DNA of 62,873 nucleotides, filler included. It is 20 parts of 20 records of this genome, joined end to end, with 100 filler letters (N's around TTAATTAATTAA, not from the genome) between each part and the next. Parts side by side here need not be neighbours in the genome. Positions count along the whole stretch, not along the records: positions 9,116 to 17,062 come from SRR16133337_43846; positions 17,163 to 20,393 come from SRR16133337_43855; 18 more parts are not named here. One strand, 5' to 3'. Shown here one piece after another: positions 11,485 to 20,393 of this stretch. The position numbers and the translations under genes are program-made. Within the stretch, counting starts at the first letter, position 1. Each line of letters starts with the position of its first letter. Below the pieces are notes generated by a model. The model was not told the DNA's origin. It was given only the letters and a program-made list of their open reading frames with translations, and made no database searches.

Positions 11485-12807
11485 TTAGATTAGGGCATTT
11501 GTTTTCTTTAGAATTCTCTGTAAATCCGTAATATCAACATGTTTTGGTCTCACATGCTGTTTTATTGCTAGTACCGCAGCATTTCCTACTGCTTCTCCCA
11601 TGGTCATACATTGAGCCATAGATCTTACACTTGAATGTGCAACGTGATTGGCAGAGAAACATCTACCGGCTACAAAAACATTTCCACTATTTTTAGGGAC
11701 CAATGTCCTGTAAGGGATCCCTACTGTTTCTCCTTCAGGTAGATATTGCCATTTCACGCCCTCACCATCATGATGATCCTCCATCGGTGCACCACATAAT
11801 CCAATTTGGTCATCAAATTTAAGTGCGGATAAAACATCCTCAGCGGTCAGTCGATATTCGCCAATGACTCTTCTTGTTTCGCGAACCCCAATTTGCATTC
11901 CGAAAGAAGAAAGTTCTGCTTTCTCGTAACCTAGAACATAATCTTTTAGAAACCGGATATATTCAATCGCTTGTATACGCCCTTTGATTTCTGCAGCACT
12001 CAAAAAATCAGCATCAGACGCATTGATTACATTCCCGTTCTGGTCTTTTTCAAAGGATTTCAATCTTGTCATGATTGTAGCAGTCATATGATCGACTGGT
12101 GTAATATGGTCACTACCTTCTTTTCGAGGTAAATTATAGTTTCCAGTTGCTACTGCCTTTTCCATAAGGGTATTCACCTGTTGTTTTGAAACCTTTTTGC
12201 GTTTTTGCACATTGACGTTTACCATTTTAAATGTAGTGGTCAACGTTTGTGCTGGATCTATTTGCCCCGCTAACTCATAAGGTAAACCTGCTTGATGACA
12301 AATATCTGCATCACCAGAAGCATCAATGACCTCTTTACACTCGAAAATTTTTAATCCATTTTTGGTAGCAACAACCAATCCAGAGACTTTATCATGCTCC
12401 ATAATTACATCCTGTACCCAGGCATTCAGAAGTATATGGCAGCCTGCATCTCTTACCAATTTCTCCCATACAACCTTTAAATATTCAGGGTGATAGGTAA
12501 TCCCAGTTCCAGCTCCAAAGCTGTTGGGTCTATTAAAGCAAGCATTATACTTTTTTAATCCCTTAACCACGTCATCAGCAATCCCTCCAACAACTTTTAT
12601 TGATTGCGATCCTGGAGTATAGTAGCCATAAAAAGTGTCCAAAACCGCTGTACTGGTTCCACCTAAAAAAGGTAATCTTTCCAACAAAAGCGTTTTAGCT
12701 CCAGTTCTTGCTGCTGCAATGGCCGCCGTTGCTCCAGCGGATCCCGCTCCAACGACAATGATGTCAAAACTTCCCGCTTCTATTAATTTAGTTTCAAATT
12801 TTCTCAT
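11485..12807 (-). CDS. FAD-dependent oxidoreductase (FAD_oxidored/PF12831-like)
   Basis: Motifs VVGAGSAG, LLER..LGG, IDASGDAD, GVRETRR..GEY, IPYRTLVP and AGRCFS..H..S.R.M..C..MGEA.G. Start placed at MRKFE (12807) to avoid overlapping the SDR gene. Confidence 0.9.
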   Translation of the reverse strand: MRKFETKLIEAGSFDIIVVGAGSAGATAAIAAARTGAKTLLLERLPFLGGTSTAVLDTFYGYYTPGSQSIKVVGGIADDVVKGLKKYNACFNRPNSFGAGTGITYHPEYLKVVWEKLVRDAGCHILLNAWVQDVIMEHDKVSGLVVATKNGLKIFECKEVIDASGDADICHQAGLPYELAGQIDPAQTLTTTFKMVNVNVQKRKKVSKQQVNTLMEKAVATGNYNLPRKEGSDHITPVDHMTATIMTRLKSFEKDQNGNVINASDADFLSAAEIKGRIQAIEYIRFLKDYVLGYEKAELSSFGMQIGVRETRRVIGEYRLTAEDVLSALKFDDQIGLCGAPMEDHHDGEGVKWQYLPEGETVGIPYRTLVPKNSGNVFVAGRCFSANHVAHSSVRSMAQCMTMGEAVGNAAVLAIKQHVRPKHVDITDLQRILKKTNALI

Positions 12808-12829
12808 ATTGAAGTCATTTACAATTTTA

Positions 12830-13615
12830 TCAACCCGAAATACTCCATCCGGCATCTACCTTTAATATTTCCCCTGTAATTACTTTACTTTGATTACTCA
12901 ACAAAAAAACGGATGCTTCGGCGACATCCTTTGCCTTCATAAGGTTTTCGACCAACGGTTGCTTTATCTTCATAAAATCGACAATTTGATCATTTTCAGA
13001 AGCTCTTTTGCTCATTCTAGTCAAGGCAAGCCCTGGAGCAATTGCATTTACTCGAATTTTATCATGGGCATATTTTGAGGCCATGGAAAGAGTCATACTA
13101 ATAATGGCTCCTTTGGCCGCAGCATAGCTGATTGTGCTAAAAAATTTTGGTTCAGGAGAAATCCCTAAAATACTTGCCATATTTAAAATACATCCACGTA
13201 ATCCATCTCCATCAGGTGATTGCTTTAACATTTGTTTTACTACTTCTCGACACATCCTATATTGGGTGGTAACATTTGTTGTTATTGTTGTTTCCCAACC
13301 CTCTTCCGTACATTCGTGAATGGGACCATCTCCGAAACTTCTGCCACTTATACCCGCTACATTGAACAAACCATCTATTCGTCCATATTTTTTAATACAG
13401 TTATCCACTAGTTCAATGGCTACCTTGGGTTTTACCAAATCGCCTACCATATAATCAGCATTCAAATCACATTTAAGAAGTTGGTTTTGGAAATTTTTAC
13501 ATCTTTCGGAATCCCTTCCAATAAAGTAGACCTTGGCACCTTTGGCCAAAACCAATTTTATAGTTTCCGCAGCAATACCTGATGAACCCGTTATGATAAA
13601 TATCTTATTCTCCAT
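12830..13615 (-). CDS. Short-chain dehydrogenase/reductase
   Basis: Motifs ITGSSGIA, NVAG, catalytic S and YAAAK, IRVNAIAPG and VDAGW. Start at MENK lies 1 nt after the upstream stop. Confidence 0.92.
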   Translation of the reverse strand: MENKIFIITGSSGIAAETIKLVLAKGAKVYFIGRDSERCKNFQNQLLKCDLNADYMVGDLVKPKVAIELVDNCIKKYGRIDGLFNVAGISGRSFGDGPIHECTEEGWETTITTNVTTQYRMCREVVKQMLKQSPDGDGLRGCILNMASILGISPEPKFFSTISYAAAKGAIISMTLSMASKYAHDKIRVNAIAPGLALTRMSKRASENDQIVDFMKIKQPLVENLMKAKDVAEASVFLLSNQSKVITGEILKVDAGWSISG

Positions 13616-13616
13616 A

Positions 13617-14459
13617 TTACTTTCTATTTTCAATGGTTTTCTTAGGTTTCACCCTTTTAGGATTGTGTAGAGCCCTAGCATATCTTTTGTGTTGATCACG
13701 CATCCATTCATTATAGTTATCCGTTGAATCGCTTATATGCATATTACGCAATACCTGATGATGGTAGCCTCTGTTATCCAGTTCTCGGATAGTAAGTTCG
13801 TTCAATGATTGAATTACCGAAAGGGCTCCGATTGAGGATAAAGGGCATACCTGATACGTCTCGAGTTGTCCATTTACCGTAACGGATAGGTCTCCATATG
13901 GCATACCATTATCAATAAAATAGCCATTACTGGCTTTGTCAATAACATGAATCAGATTGATGCCCGAGCTGTGTTTGGTCTGAGATTCCCTAGATTGAAC
14001 TTCCGATGCAATAGCTACAATTGCATGATCTGGGTATCTATTGTTGAATTCAATGGCCATATCAACAGCAGCGGGTGTTGTACCTGTTGCCGTAACTACA
14101 ACCATTACATCCTTTGGACCCACATCATACTCGTTCAATATATTTGTGGCAATGCCCTCATAACGTTCTATTCCTTGATTAACACGTATTCCGTTAGCCC
14201 CCACTACATTTGTAAAGGAGGTGAGACCCACCTGAACAATTCCATGAAACCCTGTCAGTGCTCCCATGCGAACGCAAACTTCTTCCACTGAGATACGCGA
14301 ATGTCCGTTGGCGTAGACGTAAATCACCCCTCCATCCATGATTGCATCCGCATAAATCTCACTTACTTGTTGAAGTATACTTATTTGACGGAATAATCCT
14401 TTTTTTATCGTATTCAGTTGATGCGGAAACGATAATTCGATCTGTTTTTTAGATTTCAT
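13617..14459 (-). CDS. SIS-domain (sugar isomerase/phosphosugar-binding) protein
   Basis: Motifs IYVYANGHS, DVMVVVTATGT, IDNGMPYGD and CPLSS, typical of single-SIS proteins. Confidence 0.8.
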   Translation of the reverse strand: MKSKKQIELSFPHQLNTIKKGLFRQISILQQVSEIYADAIMDGGVIYVYANGHSRISVEEVCVRMGALTGFHGIVQVGLTSFTNVVGANGIRVNQGIERYEGIATNILNEYDVGPKDVMVVVTATGTTPAAVDMAIEFNNRYPDHAIVAIASEVQSRESQTKHSSGINLIHVIDKASNGYFIDNGMPYGDLSVTVNGQLETYQVCPLSSIGALSVIQSLNELTIRELDNRGYHHQVLRNMHISDSTDNYNEWMRDQHKRYARALHNPKRVKPKKTIENRK

Positions 14460-14510
14460 TTTTATTTCAACTATTTAGATTCAAGTCCAATGTCATGTTC
14501 ATCATTTAAT

Positions 14511-16079
14511 TCAACTAAACACTATATAAAAAAGGGCTATTGTAGTTATTAATACCAAAGAACCAATATTATACAAATTGGAAGCATCCTGTTTGGTTTT
14601 CGATATATTCAATTCGGGTACAACCCGTTTATCGTTTATACTAATGAAAATGGCCACGATCAATAGCATTATAAAGGTAAAAGACATCCGGTCTAAAAAC
14701 GCTAGTTGTGGCAGAAAGGCTTTGAACATTACAGAGATCGGTATCGTTAGTAATACCACCCATAGTGCTGCTTTGCTAGTCATTTTTTTCCAAAAAAGCC
14801 CGGTAAGGAATAGGCACACAACTCCTGGAGCTACAAAGCCTGTATATTCTTGGATGAAGTAAAACAATTTTCCCATGGAAACAACAAAAGGGGTTGTAAT
14901 AATGGCAATAAGTAAGGCAATAGCTGTAACAATCCTTCCTGTAAATATCAATTCGTAATTCGTAGCTTTTTGATGAATCATTTTTTTATAGACATCCATA
15001 GTAAAGATTGTAGCGACACTATTACATATAGCATTAAGGGAAGAAATTATGGCGGCTATCAAGGCTGCGATGACCAATCCGGAGTACCCTGCGGGCAAAA
15101 GTTCACGTATTAGTACTGGGAATGCCTGATCTCTTGCAGTTATCTGATCGGAAAATAATTCACTTGCAACAACCCCAGGTATGACTATAATTATTGAAAC
15201 GATTATGGACAGGATGGCTGCAAATAATAATCCATGCTGGGCTTCCTTCAAATTTTTTGCCGCTAATGCCCTTTGGATAATATATTGATTACATCCCCAA
15301 TAGCTTATCGCTGCAATCCACAACCCACCAAGAAAAACACCTGTCCATGGAAGTTCATTATGAGTAGCAGGCAAAACAGTATGGAACTTATCGGATTGTT
15401 CTTCTAACAATTTAGATATCCCAGTGAACAGACCACTACCTTGGTGTTTTACTGCGACTTGCTCCAAACCTAACCAGACCACTGCTAGACCGCCTATAAT
15501 GAGTACTCCTACCTGAATAAAATCCGTCCAAGCTACAGCCGAAAGTCCTCCGTAAATGGTATATATTGCAGAAAAGGCAGCCAATCCTATTATACTATAA
15601 ATAATAGGAATTCCTAATACGGCTTCAAGGGTTATGGCTCCCAAAGATAGTACGCTCGTTAAGTTTACGAATACGTAGACCAAAATCCAAAACACCCCCA
15701 TTAGTGTACTTACCTTATTATTGAACCTCTTCTCCAAAAATTCAGGCATACTATAAATCTTACCCTTTAGAAATCTGGGAAGAAAATATTTGCCCACCAG
15801 TAATATGGTTATCGCCCCACCTACCAGAGAATAGGATATTACTGCTATACCGCTTTCAAAAGCAGTACCATTCATCCCTATAATTTGTTCAGTGGAAATA
15901 TTTGAAGCGACCAAAGATGCCCCGATAATCCACCAAGGTAGTGATCTGCCTGCCAAAAAATAATCCTCGGCTTTTCTCTTATGATTCTTTGGTTTCCTTG
16001 AAACATAAATGGCGATTCCAATTACGAGAACAAAATAAATACCAAATACCAGATAATCTAGTGTTTCTAAAATCTTCAT
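14511..16079 (-). CDS. Sodium:solute (sugar) symporter, SSS family
   Basis: Motifs DYFLAGRSLPWW, ASNISTEQ, YTIYGGL.AV.WTD, WGCNQYIIQR and A.IFTMD.Y; many TM segments. Confidence 0.95.
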   Translation of the reverse strand: MKILETLDYLVFGIYFVLVIGIAIYVSRKPKNHKRKAEDYFLAGRSLPWWIIGASLVASNISTEQIIGMNGTAFESGIAVISYSLVGGAITILLVGKYFLPRFLKGKIYSMPEFLEKRFNNKVSTLMGVFWILVYVFVNLTSVLSLGAITLEAVLGIPIIYSIIGLAAFSAIYTIYGGLSAVAWTDFIQVGVLIIGGLAVVWLGLEQVAVKHQGSGLFTGISKLLEEQSDKFHTVLPATHNELPWTGVFLGGLWIAAISYWGCNQYIIQRALAAKNLKEAQHGLLFAAILSIIVSIIIVIPGVVASELFSDQITARDQAFPVLIRELLPAGYSGLVIAALIAAIISSLNAICNSVATIFTMDVYKKMIHQKATNYELIFTGRIVTAIALLIAIITTPFVVSMGKLFYFIQEYTGFVAPGVVCLFLTGLFWKKMTSKAALWVVLLTIPISVMFKAFLPQLAFLDRMSFTFIMLLIVAIFISINDKRVVPELNISKTKQDASNLYNIGSLVLITTIALFYIVFS

Positions 16080-16141
16080 TCCGTTCTTGATTGTTTAATC
16101 ATTTGGGTTCATCATATAAAAATTCACACTACTTAATGCAA

Positions 16142-16149
16142 CAAAGGTA
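16142..16149 (-). promoter_or_regulatory. Bacteroidota -7 promoter element for the operon
   Basis: TACCTTTG matches the TAnnTTTG consensus about 62 nt upstream of the SSS start, in the divergent intergenic region. No clear -33 element. Confidence 0.5.
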
Positions 16150-16277
16150 AGGTTTGAATCAAGTCTATTTCTACAAGTAAGTTTCCTTATACCTATACTA
16201 AGTTATCATTAAATTATGATATTTTTGTAATTAGAAGAAAATAAATGTAACTTGTTTTTATAATTAAGAAAAAATAG

Positions 16278-17062
16278 ATGAAACCCGTTTTAGAACATCT
16301 GCTTCCAGAGAATAGAGAATCATTTTTCGCAGAGGCCTTTGACTTGCCAAACTTTGGAACTCCATGGCATTATCATTCTGAGTATGAATTAGTTTTTATT
16401 GTAGAAAGTCATGGTAAAAGACTAATAGGAAATACAATATCTGATTTTAAGAAAGGGGATTTAAGCTTTTTAGGTTCCAACTTGCCTCATATATATCGTA
16501 ATCCAAGTGAATATTATGAAAAAAACCCAGATAAAAGGGCAAAATCTATTGTAGTTCATTTTCTGGAAAAGTCTTTCGGGGATGGATTTCTGAACCTTCC
16601 ACAAGCAAAAAACATCAGAAAATTCCTAGAACTCTCAAAACAGGGCATCGATATTACTGGTAACACCAAGAAAATTGCTATCGAAAAGTTGAAGAATCTT
16701 ATTGAAACAACTGGTATGGAACGGCTATTAATCTTGATTGAATTGTTGAACTTATTTGCGAATACTAAGGAGTATCGCCTTATTTCCGAAATTAATATTA
16801 AAGGCCATAATGCTTCCGACTCTAAACGTATGGACAAAGTATTTCAGTATGTTTTTAAAAATTTCCGTTCAGAAATAAACTTAGAGGAAATTTCACGGAT
16901 TGTTGCTTTGACCCCTACCTCTTTTTGCAGATTTTTCAAACAACGAACAAAAAAATCGTTCTATAAATTTGTTGTCGATTTTCGTTTGAATATTGCCTCC
17001 CAACAACTCATAGAAACTAATAAGAACATTCTTGAAATATGTTTTGATAACGGATTTAATAA
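16278..17062 (+). CDS. AraC-family transcriptional regulator (3' end cut by the contig end)
   Basis: Cupin PWHYHSEYEL..GSNLPH and C-terminal HTH SFCRFFK..R...A...L...CFDNGFN. Divergent from the operon. Confidence 0.93.
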
Positions 17063-17248
17063 NNNNNNNNNNNNNNNNNNNNNNNNNNNNNNNNNNNNNN
17101 NNNNNNTTAATTAATTAANNNNNNNNNNNNNNNNNNNNNNNNNNNNNNNNNNNNNNNNNNNNCTCAGTAAATAAATTTCTTTTATACTCCACCCTTTTAG
17201 GGTGAAAAAGTGATGTCATTTTTCTTCAATAACACATTAAATAAAATT

Positions 17249-17721
17249 TTATAAACAATCTATTACAAATATTATTTTTGGTATTAAAAATTAAAATAAT
17301 ATAAAAGTATATGTTATAGCTGTTAATAGGTACAATAACTTTTTACTTACTTATTAGGAATTCTCACTTATAGATATTTATAAACAGCTATAAACAATAT
17401 TAAAAGAAGCTAATTATTTAAGAGTCAATTATAAAAGAATGGTTATTAACAAGATGGTTAAAAAGAGAATTCACAAGAAATTGAGTACTCTTTTTAAAAC
17501 CTTCATTATTTATAAATCTCTTTTAAGTCGTTGATAAGTGTCCGTTAAAAAATGGAAAATAAATTTGTGTATGTGTTCCCTTCTTCCTTATTATTTTTTT
17601 CATTGGATTTACAAAATTTACTTATTCTTTTTTACTGTTATTTATTAACAGTTTGATAATATATCTAAATACTTTGTTTACAGAAGTTAAACAAAAAGTT
17701 ATTAGAATGAATTGTTTATAG
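17249..17721. promoter_or_regulatory. Cluster of DnaA-box-like 9-mers (candidate oriC)
   Basis: (T/C)TAT(A/T/C)AAC(A/G) copies at 17249, 17321(-), 17378, 17388, 17443, 17529(-), 17642 and 17713(-), in a very AT-rich ORF-free region. Confidence 0.45.
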
Positions 17722-17763
17722 AGATATAAAAGTTCAAAGATGCAGAGGTATAAAGGGCAATAG

Positions 17764-17796
17764 AAACCTAGTAGATTTTCTAAATCTACTAGGTTT
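17764..17796. repeat. Perfect 15-bp hairpin (REP-like palindrome or terminator)
   Basis: AAACCTAGTAGATTT-TCT-AAATCTACTAGGTTT. Confidence 0.7.
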
Positions 17797-17952
17797 TAGT
17801 TGTATACCTCACTCCCCTAGAAACCTAAAGTCACTAAGAAGTAGAAGAATCTCCTATAAAAAATCTTTAACTTAAGGACACTGGTATAAAGGGGAGTTGT
17901 GAGTAATTCAACAATTTTGTATTTTCGTACTTTAAAATTAATAGATAACAAC

Positions 17953-18384
17953 ATGATTGTAGCAATAGGAAATGATCACGCTGGATTTGAATACAAGTTA
18001 GAAATTATCAAATTATTAAAAAGTAAAGGAATTACCGTTCTTAATTTTGGGACTGATACAGATGCGAGTATAGATTATCCAGATGCAATACATCCTACTG
18101 CCCAAGCTGTAGAGAGTGGAAAAGCAGAATTTGGTATTGTTTTGTGTGGAAGTGGAAATGGGGCACAAATGACGGCTAATAAGCATCAAGGTATTCGTGC
18201 TGCTTTGTGTTGGAATAATGAATTGGTTGCCCTAACACGTCAACATAACAATGCAAATATATTAGCAATTCCAACACGTTTTGTTTCTGTACAACAAGCA
18301 TTAGGTTTTGTAGAAATATTTTTAAATACAGAATTTGAAGGAGGTCGCCATCAAAAAAGAGTTGACAAAATTAGGGGTTGCTAA
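17953..18384 (+). CDS. rpiB: Ribose-5-phosphate isomerase B
   Basis: Motifs MIVAIGNDHAG, DYPD, CGSGNG, ANK..GIRAA, HNNAN and FEGGRH..R. Confidence 0.97.
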   Translation: MIVAIGNDHAGFEYKLEIIKLLKSKGITVLNFGTDTDASIDYPDAIHPTAQAVESGKAEFGIVLCGSGNGAQMTANKHQGIRAALCWNNELVALTRQHNNANILAIPTRFVSVQQALGFVEIFLNTEFEGGRHQKRVDKIRGC

Positions 18385-18410
18385 CAGGATGGAGTAATAA
18401 ATACCTATAC

Positions 18411-20371
18411 TCAATTTAGCTGTTGAAGAAACGTATGATATTGAATATTATTAAGAAATAACTCTACCAGTTTTAAAGCTATATTTTTAGCCCTTTCTTT
18501 GGATCCATTATTGGCATATTGATAAGCCAATAAATACAATAAACTTTCATTGTTAGGAACTATTTTTAAACCTCTAAGAACAGTTTTCTCAGCCATTGGA
18601 ATATTTTTAATATTATAGTATAACAAACTTAAATTATAATATACTCGAATATTTTCTGACATATATTTTGTTGCCAATTCCATTTGTACAATAACCTCTT
18701 CAGTTCTTTTTAATTCAGCAAGTAATAAACCATAAGAATAGTAGGTAGCTCCATAGTCAGGTTCTTGTTTGATAATAGTTTTAAAAGCAATTTCTGCTTT
18801 TTCAAAATCTTTATTTTGATAGTATAAATTAGCCAAATTAGTTCTTACTATATTGTTGATTGGATCCATATATAAAGCATTTTCATAGCCTTTGATTGCC
18901 AAACTCAAATCGCCTTTTTTAGATAGTAATTCGCTCTTTTAATTCTTCCACCTACAAAATCAGCAGTAACCTTTAAATAGGTAAAAAATTATTCTCTTAC
19001 TTTTTTATAAAGCCTAAGATAATTCGCAGGAATTTGATTTTCATTAAAACTCCCCAAAGCATTAAAAGCCTTAATACGAACAGCTCTTTTCTTGTCCTTA
19101 AGCAAGGGTAAAAAATAGTTTAAATATTCAGGATTTGAAATTTCATTCAAAGCATCTACACTAGCTCCTCTGACTATTGGAGATTCATCATTTAAAAAAT
19201 TTAAGAGTTCATTTACGGTAGTCGTATTTCTATAATTACTTAATTCATTGACGGCGGAAGCTCTTGCAATTTCTGGCTGTGTAGTATCTTTTGCCAAAAT
19301 TATTAAAGATTCTAAGGCATTAGACGCCTGTGTCAAACCAGAGGCTAACAATTCTGAAAAATGAATAGCATCAGGAATCCCATATTGTTCTATAAATTTT
19401 TCTGAAGCCCAATGATTGTCCTTATCCATATGACAACTCACACAAGCATTTGGCGTGTTGTATTTTACACTTAAATCAGGTCTTGGAATTCGAAAACTAT
19501 GGTCACGTCTAAAATCATTTCCCATATAAAATTTACCTGGCATATGACAGTTAATGCATTTTGCTCCTTCTGTTTCTTTAGAATGAAAATGATGCTTTTC
19601 AGTATCATATTTTTCAGGAACATGACATTGAGTACACAATTGATTGCCCTTAAATTTTAATTCTAAAGAATGGGGGTTGTGACAGTGGGTACAAGTTACA
19701 TCATGGAGGTACATTTTACTTTGTACAAAAGAACCATACACATAAGTTTCATCCAAAATTTGACCATCAGGATGGTAAATCCCTTTAGTAATTAATTGTG
19801 GAAAATAATGATCTAGCAGGGTGCCTTCAAAATTAAAATTTGCTGAAATTTGTTCCCTTCTCATATGACAACGTGCACATTAATCTACCAATTCTTTAGG
19901 TTTTGTATCCAAAGTCATTTGCATCGTACCAGAATCTCTATAATTTTCACCTTGTGTATTCACCTCATCAATATGTTGTTTTCCAGAACCGTGACAAGCT
20001 TCACAACTTACATTTATCAAGGCAAATTTAGTATCATAACGATGCGTTTTTTCATCGTAATTTTTTTAAACATTGGTAGAATGACAATCTGCACACATTG
20101 TGTTCCAATTTAATCCCCCTCTAGACCAATGCAACCATTCTGAATGTACTACTTTAAAATCGGGATACAGATCAAACCATTTTTTCTTTTCAGAATCCCA
20201 AGCAGTTCTTAAACATTGATAATGACCCTTAGGAAATTTTACGATATACTGTTGTAAAGGAAAGATTCCAAATACATATTCAATTTTGTAGTTGTGGTTT
20301 TTACCATCAGGTCCTTCGGTGTTTACATAAAAATCGCCATTCTTCCTAAAAAAACGAGATTTTACATTTTG
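18411..20371 (-). pseudogene. Multiheme c-type cytochrome with HEAT and TPR repeats, disrupted (5' end truncated)
   Basis: Seven CxxCH motifs lie in one frame, followed by HEAT and TPR repeats. In-frame TAA at 20066-68, 19880-82 and 18989-91, plus a 1-nt deletion in an A-run near 18915-20. Confidence 0.85.
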
Positions 20372-20393
20372 AGATCGGAAGAGCGTCGTGTAG
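20372..20393 (+). other. Illumina adapter remnant (also at 47415-47437 and 60633-60656)
   Basis: AGATCGGAAGAGCGTCGTGTAG(GG) at contig ends. Confidence 0.98.

Noticed and set aside
9414-16837. Antisense ORFs (9414, 12635, 12890, 13134, 13947, 14578, 16556; also 50487-51005 and 56162)
   Set aside because: They are shadows of real genes on the opposite strand and have no motifs.
18989-20068. TAA recoding in the bacterial cytochrome gene
   Set aside because: The three TAAs appear to replace different residues (K/Q/E-like contexts), a frameshift co-occurs, and neighbouring bacterial genes end normally at TAA.
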